Source of the DNA: Mobula hypostoma
Lineage: Eukaryota
DNA: 64,000 bases
Reading direction: 5' to 3'
NCBI RefSeq assembly: GCF_963921235.1
Contig: NC_086109.1
Span: 34,722,001 to 34,786,000 of the forward strand
Shown: piece by piece, positions 26,646 to 39,491 of the stretch
How positions within the stretch are numbered: the stretch's first letter is position 1
Layout of the letters: each line of letters begins with the position of its first letter
The notes under the pieces: generated by a model
The model's database searches: none
What the model was told of the DNA's origin: nothing
What the model saw: the letters and a program-made list of their open reading frames with translations, nothing else
Position numbers and translations under genes: made by a program

Positions 26646-28228
26646 TTTGTACGCTTTCTATCAAATGAATAGAATGTGAATTTGTATTGGATATCTGTTT
26701 TAGATATCATAACTTTTTGCACATTTGATTGATCTCATGTGAATTACAGTAAAGGAATATAACCAGGTCGTAGTTCCAGATTGTGCATTATTTCTAGAAA
26801 AAAACATTTAAAATGAAATGACCTTACACTAAGGAGAAAAATCTCGAGTAGAGGTCTTTTTTTAATCATTGTCCCTCCTTATATTAGTAAGGTATTGATA
26901 TTTTGGAGAATGTTAGAGGACATTTCTGCATTTTTGTGTGCGATATTATAAAATGACACGTATATGGAATTCTTTCCAAGTTATTGCTTCAAGATTAAAT
27001 TACAATTACATACATATAATGATGATACCTATTGGTTAATTTTCACCCACAGGAAGGAAAATGATATCTATGTAAAAGTAATATGAATCCAAATATGGTT
27101 ACAGTGTAGATAAAGGAATGTTATTGATACCTAGATCAGCCTTAAATTTGCTGAATGGCAAAACAGAATTGAAAGCGTAATAGTTTTATGCTCTTGCCTA
27201 TGATACTGTGTGATACTTTGGGGCGTTGGGTCTTCAGTTACAGCATGACTCAGGACCATGGTAGGACATGCCATTTTCAGCATTTGAATTAAAGTCTGAC
27301 CAACTGCCTAACTTCTGTGTACTCTGTATTTTCCATTGGAAGCTGTCTTTTGCTATTTAACAAAAAAATGAGAAGTGGAGTCTGGGAGGTTAGATTCAAC
27401 TTCTACCTGTGGCTCGCCGACAGTTTATGCCCGTAAAGTGCACCGTTCACTTTTTATAGTCAGACTTGCTCTATTCTTAAGTTTGCTAGGCATGGTTCTC
27501 ATGAGTTTTGCATTAGGCATGGATTTAGGTCCATGAGAGGACCATGTGACTTCCTCATGCACTAGTAATTTGTTATGTTTGGATTTCTGAGTGATTTTGG
27601 AAATATTTGCAGACATTTGTTGACTATTTCATTTTGCAGGCTGGGAAGTGTGGGAGCCTCATAACCACTCCAACCCCAAATAATAATCTGAGAAATATCA
27701 CTCAGCTTTTCCATCTCATATCCTGATGGAAATATATAATATATATATACTGTATACATACACAGGAAATCATACATCCTAGGTTAGCCTCTTTCAAAAT
27801 GCATACTGTAAATATTTTTCCCACTGAAGTACTCTAATTCTCTTCCCAGACTAAGTCAGAGTTGCTCTTCTTTCCTGGTGTCTTACTCATTCAGACGTTT
27901 CCTGGAACCCGGTGATATCAGTGAATTATTAGATCGTGGTGGGTTAGTGGTGTTCAGAGAAGTCAAGCCCTAGAAATTAGGTTCTCAAGAGTGCTGTAGG
28001 AGACTGGTGAAGGCCCTGATTGGCATGTGTGGCTGTCTGTCAGGAGTTAAGCTCAGAAACAGCCAATGAGGGTCTTCACCAAGTTGGCCATCTTCTGACA
28101 AAAAATAAAAGTGAATAGAAGTGAGTGCTAGGTCTGAGATGAAGCCTTGCACATTTAATTTTTGCTTAATTTTCAAAGCAAAGCTTGATCTGTAAACACC
28201 ATTTGGAAATAAATCAGAACTGAAATAT

Positions 28229-28518
28229 GTGGCATGATAGCCTAGCGGTTAGTGCAATCTCTTTTCAGCACCATTGATCTTCGATTGGAGTTCAATTCTC
28301 ACGCCTGTAAGAAGTCCGTGACCACATGAGTTTCCTCCCACTTTCCAAAAGACATTCGATTAGGGTTATTAAGTGGGCATGCTGTATTGGTGCCAGAAGC
28401 GTGGTGAAATTTGTGGGCTGCCCTCAGCACAATCCTTGGCCTGTGGTCATTGACACAGAATAATGCTTCACTGTATGTTTTGACATTTCAATGTACATGT
28501 GACAAAGTTAGTCTTTAT
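28229..28518 (+). mobile_element. tRNA-derived V-SINE-like element (family B)
   Basis: A/B-box-like head, partial V core GTTTCCTCCCACTTTCCAAA, tail TTCACTGTATGTTT..ATGTACATGTGACAAA. Confidence 0.7.
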
Positions 28519-29305
28519 GTATCAAAACATGGAACTTTGAGTTGACCTCTGTAATTTTTTAAAACCTATTTTATTCTGAGCAGAAGATGGAGTTTTTCTG
28601 TTGTCTCAAACAATCAGCAGGACGGGTGGTTGACAAAGAGATGAGGTAAACTGTACCTATTTAGCCATTATGGAATGAAGAGCTGTAATGACTCTTTGTT
28701 CATTTTCAGGAAAGTGGCAATTCTAGTTTACTCTTTTTCATCTTGTTTTCGAGTTATGGATTACAGGAAATTTCTAAAAATTTCCTTGGGTGATGCGTTT
28801 TCCCAGGCGCTATGAAGAGGGTGGAAGGGGTAAAGTATGAGAATGTGTGTGACATCAGATCTATTTTGTTCTTATGTTAAACTGGAATTTCCAGCTCTTC
28901 CTGGCATACAATTTACAGAATCAGACAAACTGTTGAAATCAGTAGAGTAGGATGATAGGGGGATGGTTATATTCTCATGCCTCCTGTCTCAGATTATTAC
29001 TTGTAGTATATATGTAAAAGATTTCTTGCTTTCATAAGCATAATACAAGAGCTTACCAGGAGATGTTTCTGTACTAATCTTACCTATGGACTTTGCTGGC
29101 AGATACAAGTGCTTTAAATTCCAGACAGATAGGTGTACTGAGTATAGCTTGTCTTTTCAATAACCAGTCAATAAAGATGTGGAAGAATGCACGATGAAGG
29201 AAGCCTAACCTCCATAATTTTTGACAAATGCTTTTTAATTGATATGTTTGAGGCATGAAAGGTAACAAAATATATTGACAAAAGTTAGTCTTAACAGAGT
29301 TAAAA

Positions 29306-29510
29306 GGTGGCATGATAGCATATCAGTTAGCATAACAATATTATAGTGGTAGCGGGTCCAGTTCTGCAGCTGTCCTTTTCTTCCCACATTTTTAAGATGC
29401 GCATTTTAATAGTTAATTGGTCAAATGGGTGTAATTGGGTGGTGCAGGTTTGTTGGGCCCTGGAAAGCCATGTCATCAGGCTTTATCTCTAAATAAAAAA
29501 ATAATAAATA
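29306..29510 (+). mobile_element. V-SINE (HE1-like), decayed
   Basis: tRNA-like head, TTCCCACATT..GTTAATTGG core, A-rich tail. Confidence 0.6.
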
Positions 29511-29562
29511 TACACAATGAATCTACAGCAAGCTATCCAGAGCGTTGCTTCCTGCGATCAAT

Positions 29563-29812
29563 ATAATTCCTGCCGCTGTCTGTAAGGAGTTTGTGCATTC
29601 TCCCTTTGACCTTTGACCGTGTGGGTTTCCTCAGGATGTTGTGGTTTCCTCCCACATTCCAAAGATGGTTGGTAGGTTAATTAGTTGTTGTAAATTGTCC
29701 CATGATTAGGCTAGGATTAAATCGAGGGATTGCTGGGCATGACTTGAAGGGCTGGAAGGACATATTCTGTGCATATCTCAATAACTAACTAACCAACTAA
29801 ATAAATAAATAA
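29563..29812 (+). mobile_element. V-SINE (HE1-like)
   Basis: V-domain GTGGGTTTCCTCAGGATGTTGTGGTTTCCTCCCACATTCCAAAGA..TAGGTTAATT and a (TAAA)n tail. Confidence 0.8.
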
Positions 29813-30084
29813 TTTGAAACCAATTTTGCGGTCATTAATAACCCCTTGGTTACTTTACCTTCTTTCCTATTGTATTTTAACTTTCATATTGTAGGTTTTT
29901 AAACATCCAAAAAGGTCCTGTCACTGACTTGAGACAAGCTAACTTCTCAGACAAAATTGGCTCTTTATCGTTTATTTGGCATTTGAAAACACAGCTGTGG
30001 GTTATAATGTTGTTTGTGCAAGTCACCGAAAAAAACAGAAACTTAAATTGGGAAGCTCACAGAATGATGTTGTTGAATCAATAA

Positions 30085-30510
30085 TTCAAGATTCATGATT
30101 ATTTATTGTCATTGTTCAGTACACAAGTGTAAAGGAGAAAATGATTGTTACTCCTGACCCAATGTCACATTAAAAAACAATAAGCATAAAAACACTGTAA
30201 GTTATAAAAGAAATCCTATAAAATATGTACAATTAACCATGTGTGGCTGTGTATGTGTATACACACACACACACACAAAGTTAGCTTATATACATTAGCT
30301 GATTGCATGTACATAAAATGATGCTACGTGCAGGAGTATTTGAGCATAAGATAACTGACAGGAAATGACAAGGTGTCAAAGTGACTCTTGGCAAGTGGAA
30401 CTATTCTAGGTAGCAGCAGGGCTTATGAAACCTTGGCTCATTGGGTGGGTTAATGGCTGGAAGGTTGTTCAACTTGACAGCTTGGGGGAAGTAACTGCTT
30501 TTGTCTGTGT
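30085..30510 (-). mobile_element. Rex1-like LINE 3' end with embedded (CA)n
   Basis: Tail TTCAAGATTCATGATTATTTATTGTC and ACAGCTTGGGGGAAGTAACTGCTT (antisense of the SYFPQAV motif). Confidence 0.55.
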
Positions 30511-31823
30511 AACATTGTTGGTCTCAGTTCTGTGTTCTCCACAGACACGTTGTAGGTTCTCTCCGTTCTCAGCATGCACCCAGCAGCTGTGATCCCTGTA
30601 TCCAGTTATTTAAAAGAATGCATCACAATAAATGCAACACTTCTAGCCATAGGGTGGTGATACTGCAATACCAGGAGGGGAGTTAGGAGAGTTTTCCCAC
30701 AGGGTCAGAATGATCTGGATAGGCTGATAAAGTGCAGTACTTCAGGTGGAATGTTCTTTGTCCAAGGGTGCCACAGAGTTACAGCAAGAGATTATCAGGA
30801 ATATTTGAGTATTTTCTATGCTGGGGAAGTCCGATTGCAGTCCAATATCTGTCTCTACCTTCCTTGTCCAACCACCTTTAGGCTGTGGGTAAAGTGGATA
30901 CTCTCATCTCTTTAGATCTGGAGTTCAGGTGACCTCCTTAATGAAGGAGTGAGAAGCAAAGTTTGATGTGTAGCAAAAGTAAATGGTAGCTGCCCAGATT
31001 ATTCTGGAGCCTCAGAAACTGTAAATGACTGTCCCTAGACTTTCACTGGCAAAGTGGTCAAGGCACAGTTCTGAAGATGTATTTGAAATCTTGCAAGACC
31101 AGAAATCTCAGTGTGCAATGAATACTGTTTGAATGTAAATCCTTTAAATAGAATAGTTTCATTTGCAAAATGCAAAAACCTGATTTTGTGAATAGGTGAA
31201 AATCATTGCCTTTCATAAATGGTGAGGTTAAAAATCTTATAGAAATACCGTGGACAGTTCTATGAATGAGAAGGAGCTGAATTTCCTAATAAACAACAAC
31301 ATGCCCAGAAACGAATGTATAATTAGTGTTAAACTAATTTTCTAAAACACTGCACCATTTTTGGGAGCATTTCTGCCAATAGGTTAATTTAGTCAAGTAA
31401 AACTGTTTCCTGACCCACAAGGCAATTGAATAAACTCCTAGACCAACTATTTAACTTTATCGTTATCTAAATCCAATAACTTGAAGTCTGAAGTAAATTG
31501 GATTTTGTCCTAATAATTGCTTCTTTAAAGTGAATGCTTCATTTATCCTGGGATTAAAACACCCTGAGGGGATACATTTGCTTTGGTCACCAATACTAAG
31601 TGGTTTGAAAGTATCCATCACTGATTATATTCACTTTCCACCATTTAGTTCCATTGATGATGATACAATTGCACCAGCTGTAGACTAATGTGTGATCTCT
31701 CCCAATTATTGTTAACTGCAATGCTATTTATTGAAGATTATAGAAGTAAAGCAGTTCCCTTGTGTTAATTTTTAACTAGTAAAGAAAAAAATGTAGTATG
31801 AATAAAAGGAAAAATACTTAGAT

Positions 31824-31959
31824 ACAAACAACAGGAATTCTGCAGATGCTGGAAATTCAAGCAACACACATCAAAGTTGCTGGTGAACGCAGCAGGCCAG
31901 GCAGCATCTCTAGGAAGAGGTACAGTCGATGTTTCAGGCCGAGATCCTTCGTCAGGACC
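31824..31959 (-). mobile_element. Penelope-terminus short element with the best-preserved hammerhead motif
   Basis: Shared terminus, plus minus-strand GTC-CTGACGA-AGGATCTCGGCCT-GAAAC-ATC-GAC. Confidence 0.85.
31923..31958 (-). ncRNA. Minimal type I hammerhead ribozyme motif (probably partly decayed)
   Basis: CUGANGA and GAAA cores are intact, stem II is short, stem I is GTC/GAC, and the cleavage triplet is AUC (GUC in the family consensus). Confidence 0.65.
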
Positions 31960-31999
31960 AGTTACTTTCTTTGCTTGCTCGTTCCAAGGATTTATTCAG

Positions 32000-32260
32000 T
32001 CTGTTAGAACAGTGGATTAAATTGCTGGAATATTGATTCAGAATTGTCATCTATGTATGCAGAGATCTGACTAACTATGGCTGGGGAGCTTAATTTCAAG
32101 TAATGAAATCTAGTCTTGTGCATTTCAGCCATGAATCAACCCGACTGTTGTTAAAAATTCAGTCATGTTGTTCAGTGAAGGAAACCTGCCATCCTTGTCT
32201 GCCGGCTCTGGCCTATATTTGACAGTAGACTTACCAATGAAGATTGTACTGAACTGTGTC
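32000..32260 (+). mobile_element. Deu-core SINE (SacSINE1/AmnSINE-like), old
   Basis: GAAGGAAACCTGCCATCCTT..TCTGGCCTATATTTGAC resembles the Deu domain. Confidence 0.6.
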
Positions 32261-32297
32261 CATCTATTCTTTACCTTTCTCTTCATGGTCTGCTTTT

Positions 32298-32958
32298 AAG
32301 AACATAAGAATATAAGAATTAGGAGCAGAAGTAGGCCATCTGGCCCGTTGAGCATGTTCCACCATTCAATAAGATCATGGCTGATCTGGCCATGGACTCA
32401 CCTCTATCTACCTGCCTTTTTCCCATAACCTTTAATTCCCCTACTATGAAAAAATCTATTCAAACTTATCTTAAGTATATTTACTGAGGTAGCCTCCACT
32501 GCTTCATTGGGCAGATAGTTCCACAGACTCACCACTCTCTAGGAAAAGCAGTTCTTCCTCATCTCCATCGTAAATCTACTCCCAGAATCTTGAGGCAATG
32601 TCCCCTAGTTCTAGTCTCACCTACGAGTGGAAACAACTTTCTTACCTCAACCTTATCAATCCCTTTCATAATTTTGTATGTTTCTATAAGATCCCCTCTC
32701 ATTCTTCTGAATTCCTGCAAGTACAATCCCAGGTAACTCATTCTCTCCCCTTAGCCTAACCCCCTCATTTCTGGAATCAACCTGGTGAACCTCCTCTGCA
32801 CTGCCTCTAAAGCTAGTATATCTTCCTCAAGTAAGGAGACCAGGACTGCATGCAGTACTCCAGGTGCAACCTCACCGGTACCTTGTACAGTTGCAGCATA
32901 ACCTCCCTGCTCTTAAATTCAATCCCCCTAGCAATGAAGGCCAACATTCCATTTGCCC
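32298..32958 (-). mobile_element. CR1 3' fragment
   Basis: GMLAFIARGIEFKSREVMLQLYK..HLEYC and RRMRGDLIETYKIMKG motifs, with a (TTCTTATG)n-like tail. Confidence 0.9.
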
Positions 32959-34019
32959 ATTTTGGCACATTTGGATTTTTGTTATCCATATCCTCTATTT
33001 TCTTTGCTCTGTGAACAAAGGAGGAAGCTGACCTTCTCTGCCTCTGGATACACTGAGATCCCCCAGCAGAGTGCTTGTCAGGCCTATTTTTCTCTTTGTG
33101 AATTCCAAAGCAGTAAATGGGGAACACCATGCCCGTATACAGTAAACAGAGCTCCTCCTTGTAGTGTTGAAAAAATGCACAGTGTTAGCTAGTTATTCCA
33201 TGGGTGTTCTGAAATGTAGGGGTGGATCTATCTGGTCTAGACTCAGGAGCATAAACTGTGCTGAACTGATTTGTCATTATAAGATGACTGGCTTTGAAAA
33301 TGAGGGTATTGTCATGAAATGCTTATAATTGACATGTATGATTATGCATTCTAATTTCCTACAGTAATTAAAACACATTAGCTTGACGGAGTACGTTATT
33401 GCACAGCAGCTCCCCTGGAAACAACAAAATTCAACATTGCACTTCAGAAATCCAAAATGCCAAACTCCCAGTCTGGCTGCAGTGAGCCATAACTAATGCA
33501 CTGAGAAAATAGGTTTATACATCATACATCAATGGGAAAGTGATAGTACTTTAAAAAACAGGCAAAGGTATGATTATATAAACAATGTGATTTTCAAGAA
33601 TAGATGTGGGCTCATATGTTGCTTAAAGAAGAATGATGAGACAATGAGTAGTAGCTGCTGTTAAAAATGGACAGCAACTTAATGTATCTACTCTTTGGTG
33701 GTTAAATACAAAAATCAGGAGATTGCTGTTTGAATTGCCCAGCTTCTCCAGAAGCTTTGTTGGTACTGATACCTTGCCAAGTGACTTGGCATTGAATTAC
33801 TTGGAAAGGCATGAAATTAGACATTGATATCTATTAAATATACTGGGAGGGCGAAAGAAGAACTTCCCAGCCATGTGCAAGTGAATAAATCTTAACTACT
33901 GCCAAGTTTATTTGGCACTGAAAATTAATTTTTAAATTTGTGGAATCCCATCCTTTAGGAATTTAGTTATCATCGTGCAAGTGGTATGCGAGGACACAGA
34001 AATATAGTAAGTGATTTGG

Positions 34020-36708
34020 TACTGAAGCAAGATTTCAGGTGGGTTCCTGCACTCCCCATGATTCTACCTGCTAACGTCCAATCGCTAGAAAATAAACTGA
34101 AGTACCTGTGTTTGTGTTATTAGATGAGGGATAGCTGCACTCCCATTCTGACAGAAACATGGCTCCAGGACGCCTCTCCAGACTCGGTCATCCAGCTAGA
34201 AGGTCTAATTTCCTTTTGAGCAGACAGAAATGCTGCGACCCTCTGGTATGACCCTTGGAGGAGGTCTGTGCGTCTATGCTCAATAGGAACGTGGTAGTAA
34301 CGGCCCACTGCTCACCCCAGTTAGAGTTTTAAAATGAAGTGTAGGACCTTTAACTTACCGAGGGAGTTCACTGCCATTGTGATTGTTGCTGCTTACATCT
34401 GCCCGCTGTGCTGGAGCTGGGGAAGCACTGTAGGAGTACGATGGTACCATCTGTGACCTCTGAGCCATTCATCCCAATGATCACTTCATTGTTGCTGGTG
34501 ACGTCAATCATGCCACTTTAGAAATAGTCCTGCCTAAGTTCTACCAACATATCAACTCGTAACCAGAGAATAGTATATACTAGACCTGTCCTATAACAAT
34601 GCTCAGGGAGCCCCACCTCCTGCCATTAGACAACATAGCCATTTTGCTAATCCCTGCATGTAGACCACTTGTTAAACGAGTCAAACTAGTTGACAGGGAA
34701 ATCAGGACGTGTCCAGAAGGTGCCACCTCAGCACAGCAGGACTGCTTTGAAAGCATGGACTGGAGCATATTCAGGAAGGTGGCTACCTACCTTCATCATG
34801 TCAACATCGATTGGTGACTTGCTATATCGGAAAATGAATTGATAACGTTACCGTGATTAAACACTACGCGCCAGGGCAAACTAGAAACCATGGCTGACTG
34901 CAGAGATGTGTGCACAGTTTAGGGGTCAGGACGCCCCTTCGGATCAGGGGATCAGATAACTCTCTGGTCAGCAAAAGCCGTACTCTGCTGTGTCATCAGG
35001 AAGGGAAAGCAAGAGTACTTACCGAAAATTCAGACACCTTTGTGACGGCAGAGGCACCCGGCGCATGTGGCAAGGAATACAAAGCATAGCAGATTACAAG
35101 TCCACCCTGCACATCAACAGCAATCACATCTGCTTTCCTGATAGGTTGAATGCCTTCTATTCATGATTTGACACAATGATTAATGTGACTTCGAGGAAAA
35201 CCCCCTCTCCCGCTGAGGAACAGGCATCCTAGCCAGGATAAATCCCATACAAGGCTGTGGGGCCGGACAACATACCTGGTCAGAGGTGCCCAGGGTCTGT
35301 GCAGCCCAGCTAATAGATGTTTGAGCAGACATTCTTAATATCTCTTTCCAACAGTCCCCTGTCACTGCAGGCTTCATTCCGGTGCCCAAGAGAGCGACAG
35401 TAACTGGGCTAAGTAACAGAGGCACTGACCTCAACAATTATGAAGTGCTTTGAACGGCTGGTACAAAATCCCACCTTCCAGCTATGTTGGATCCATTCTA
35501 GTTCACCTACCACTCAACTCAGTCCACGATGATGCCATAGCCTTGGCCCTGCACTTTGCCCTGTGCCATCTGAAGACCGATGCCTCATACAGCAGGATGT
35601 AGCGCATCGACTTCAGCTCAGCTTTTAACATGATCATCCTTTAGATACTGGAGTGTAGACTGCCCGGTTGTGACTCAGCATCCCTCTCAGTAACTGCATC
35701 TCAGACTTTTTGGCGGTAACACTGCAATCAGTCCGAGATGGCAGCAACATCTTAAGCAACTTCACACTGAGCACCAGTGTCCCCCATGGTGACTGCACTG
35801 TCAGATCCACATCATCAAGTTCACCGATGATACAGCCGTGAACGGCCTCATCAGAGAAAAGGTAGAGAGGCTTGACAAATGGTGTGAGAACAACAACTTG
35901 AGTCTCAATATGGACAAGACAAAGGAGATGATTGTGGATTCAGGAAGGCACAGGTCAACTACTCTCCTCTGCACATCAGTGGCTGTGCCATTGAGAGAGT
36001 GAAGAGCATAAAGTTTGTTGGTGTGCACTGTCTTACCCTAGATCTACAACACCACCTCATTAGTCAAGAAGGCACAGCAGTGTCTACACTTTCTGTGGAG
36101 ATTGAGGTGTGCAAGGCTCAGTACCTCCACTCTAACAACTTTCTACAAGAGCACCACTGAGTGTTCCTATCTGGCTGCATCATTGTGTGGTATGGAAGCT
36201 GCAAGCCTGCAAGACCCTACAGAGGAACTAAAAGCTGCCGAGAGGATCTGCAGGGTCTCTCTCCCCCCTCTTTGTGACATTTTACTGGAAGCATTGTTAA
36301 CGAAGGGCCCGAAGCATTATTGAGTATCCCTACCCGCCATGCCACAATCTCTTTGATCCACTACCATCAGAAAGTCAGTGCAGGAGCATCAAGACCAGGA
36401 CTGCCAGTCTGTGTAACAGCTGCCTCCCTCAGGCTGTGGGACTTAATGAATACCCTGTCACCACCAAGATCTTGTCACTAGGACAGCAAGATGTTTTACT
36501 GTAACATTTACTGTTTACCTGTGTTGCACAAGACATGCATTTTGAATTCTACTTTATTAACTTATTTTTGGTAATATTTTGTTTTATGTAGTGTGTGTGA
36601 TTATGCTGTATGTGTTGTGGATGCACTGTGGCCCAGAGCAATATTGTTTCATTTGGTTGTATATATACACAGTCAGATGACAATAAACTTCAATAAACTT
36701 AAACTTGA
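34020..36708 (+). mobile_element. Near full-length but heavily decayed Rex1/Babar-type LINE (EN + RT)
   Basis: In order: PALPMILPANVQSLENKL, LTETWL, LPREFTAI, IVAGDVNH, LPKFYQHI, IDFSSAFN, IIKFTDDT, LNMDKTKEMIVD. Tail AATAAACTT repeats. Confidence 0.88.
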
Positions 36709-37225
36709 TAAGCATTTTACATTGTATTAAGTATGATGAAATATATTTTCTGCTTTGTATTATTGTTAAAAGTCATCATTGGCATTAAATGAAAATGTAG
36801 CAGCAGCTGTGCATCGTAATTCATTTATTCAGGTTGATTTCACTGAGGTCCAAGTGGAGTTTGTTACATAACCATTATACGATTACATGCTTAGAGCAAG
36901 TGACTATGGGTGAATTTCAACCTCAGCATGTCACGTTGAGAATTCTGTGAGCTGATTTCTTTGAAAAGATGCATGTTTGCTTGCTCTGTGCACACAAACA
37001 CAGTGACAGTGGAGAATTTGCTACTTTGTTTTGCAGTAAAGACGCTCATCCACAAAAAAAAAACTGCACGGTACCAATTTTGTTATTATTTCTCCCCAAA
37101 TGAGGTGGGACTCACATTAATGCAGAAATGTTGGCTACGTTTTCCCTACACTGTGCAATTAAAGCCAGTCAGAAGTCCTCTGTTGCTTGGGGTTGACAAT
37201 GTGTGTCCTAGCTGTCTATATGATA

Positions 37226-37690
37226 CATAGTGTATGGAGAATAAACTGTTGCCCATGTAGGAGGCTGCCCCTCTTCACGCAGTTGATAAATCCAAAGGAA
37301 TGCCAGTCAGTGTTGAACTCAATGTAGTACTGTCTTACATATTTCAGCTCCAAATTTTTCCTTGAGGTTTATTCCTGAAGCCTTCTCCGTGAGTAGGTAT
37401 ACTGCAAGGCAGCGGAGGTCTGAGGTCACAGTTTTCCTTCTCCTAGATGAGCTGCCAACCTCGGCTGATGAGCCAATCTGCCCAAAGCAACAGGTTTTAA
37501 GGTGCCAGTAACGTGTCTTTGCCCCTTGTCCTGTCAGTGGAAATGATCCGCTGGGCTAAGCCACGTGTGAAGGCCAGGAGCTGAAATTGGTTGTCAGAGG
37601 CTATTTCAGATGCATGTCATTGTGAGTATTTATTAGGTAGTGGGAGCTTATCCCCACTACCATCCCTGGCTATAACAACTTTAAGGAACT
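37226..37690 (-). mobile_element. Probable RTE-clade 5' UTR-derived repeat
   Basis: Minus strand carries GGCAGCTCATCTAGGAGAAGGAAAACTGTGA..AGACC, which I recall as typical of RTE 5' regions. Contains a 9-bp hairpin GGTAGTGGG/CCCACTACC. Confidence 0.45.
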
Positions 37691-37741
37691 AGCATTAAAG
37701 CCAGTGTATTGATTAAATAAGTTGATTTAGAGTTTCAAAGA

Positions 37742-37935
37742 AGAAAAATTTGTAGATGATGGAAATCTGAGCAACACACACAAAATGCTGGAGGAACTCA
37801 GCAGGCCAGGCAGCATCCATGGAAATGAAGTACAGTCGTCGTTTTGGGCCGAAACCCTTCGGCAGGACTGGAGAAGAAAAGCTGAGGAGTAGATTTGAAA
37901 GGTGACGGGGAGGGGAGAGAGAAACACTAGGTGAC
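37742..37935 (-). mobile_element. Penelope-terminus element with CTGCCGA-variant hammerhead motif
   Basis: Minus strand CAGTC-CTGCCGA-AGGGTTTCGGCCC-AAAAC-GAC-GACTG. Confidence 0.82.
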
Positions 37936-38203
37936 AGTTTTCTTACCAGAGTGTTAACCTTGATTCTGAGTTGGCTCTGAGTTAGGAGTTTATGGGTTTA
38001 GGTCCATGCCAGAGCCCTGAGAGGAAGTCATACTTGTAAGGGTCAACTCATTGGAAACGTAATAAAAAATCTAATTGGCTTGTCCACCTTGCCTGTAGAG
38101 TTTTTAGTACACACAGCCTTCTTGTGTGAACCAGACTGTCGGAGTGGAATATTAACATTGTCTATGACCTGAAATTTTATAGAAACCATTGCTTCTCTTC
38201 AGT

Positions 38204-38411
38204 ACACACAAAATTCTGAAGGTTACCAGGTTAGGCAGCATCTATGGAAATAAACAAACAGTCAACCTTTAGGTCTGAGATCCTAAATCAGGAACATAAT
38301 GGCCTGAAACGGGACTTTATTTATTTCCATAGATGCTGCCTGACCTGCTGAGTTCCTCTCGCATTTTGTGTGTATTGCACTTGATTTCCAGCATCTGCAG
38401 AATCCCTTGTG
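38204..38411 (+). mobile_element. Fold-back Penelope-terminus element
   Basis: AGGCAGCATCTATGGAAATAAA and its reverse complement TTTATTTCCATAGATGCTGCCT lie about 60 nt apart. Confidence 0.82.
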
Positions 38412-38992
38412 GTTGCTGTTGAAACAATACTTCAGTTGTTTCAATGCAATCTAATTTATAATTGATAAAAGTGTCTTGTGGAAATCAATCAAGTTCAGCT
38501 GGAAGCCTACAGTGTTACGAAAATACACTCAATTTTATGCTTTTTATAACAAGCATTGGGGAACAACTATTTTTACGCAGAACCCCATTTTTCAAATATA
38601 GTGAATAATTACAGCAATTACTCCATCAGCTCTGCAAATGGCATTTTACTTGAGTAAAGCACAAAGAAGGTTAAATCAACAGAATCTTCGTTAAACTCTT
38701 TGGGGCTGCATTTCTTTAGAAAGTCTCACTTAAGTGGAGCAGAGATCAGAAAATTTTCCAAGAGTACTGTATGCAATTAACAGCACTCCCGATATTCTAA
38801 CCAATAATTCCAAAGGAAAAAAGAATACTAAATGGCAATACTTCTACTTGTACATTCTCACAGAGCAGCCTCAAGAAGTCCAAGCATCTTCTTAGTTCTT
38901 GCTTAATTATGAGTGGCTTTAAAATGTGAATTGGCAGCAATGAAAAGACAGCATAGGTGCTTTTTATTATAAAAGTAATAAGTCTGCAATTA

Positions 38993-39355
38993 CAAAGACA
39001 CTTGCAAATTTCTACAGATGTTCTGTGGAGAGCATTTTAACTGGCTGCATCACTGTATGGGGTGACTAATGCACAGGATCGAAATAGTTGTAAACACAGT
39101 CATCTCCATCATGAGCACAAGCCCCCATAATATCCAAGACATCTTCAAGAAACGATGCCTCAAAAAGTGGTATCCATCATTAAGGACATCGATCACTCAG
39201 GTCATGCCTTGTTCTCATTGACTGAAGGCACACACTCAGTGATACGCAAATATCTTCTTTCCTTTTGCCATAATTTCTGAATGGGCATTGAACCCATGAA
39301 CAGCACCTCACTCTCACTACCTTTTTAGTTTTGCACTACTTATTTAATTTATCTA
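38993..39355 (+). mobile_element. Rex1/Babar-type 3' fragment
   Basis: KTLANFYRCSVESILTGCITVW and SIIKDIDHSGHALFSL. Confidence 0.8.
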
Positions 39356-39366
39356 TGTAGATACAG

Positions 39367-39491
39367 GAGGGTCTTGGCCTGAAACGTCAACTGTGCTTCT
39401 TCCTATGGATGCTGCCTGGCCTGCTGCGTTCCACCTGCATTTTGTGTGTGTTGCTTGAGTTTCCAGCACCTGCGGATTTCCTCGTGTTTGT
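39367..39491 (+). mobile_element. Penelope-terminus element, truncated within the hammerhead
   Basis: AGGGTCTTGGCCT-GAAAC-GTC-AACTG followed by the shared terminus. Confidence 0.82.

Noticed and set aside
28588..28816. Possible two-exon mini-ORF (GT at ~28646, AG at ~28709)
   Set aside because: The intron would be very short (~64 nt), the 54-aa product is unrecognisable, and this is plausible by chance.
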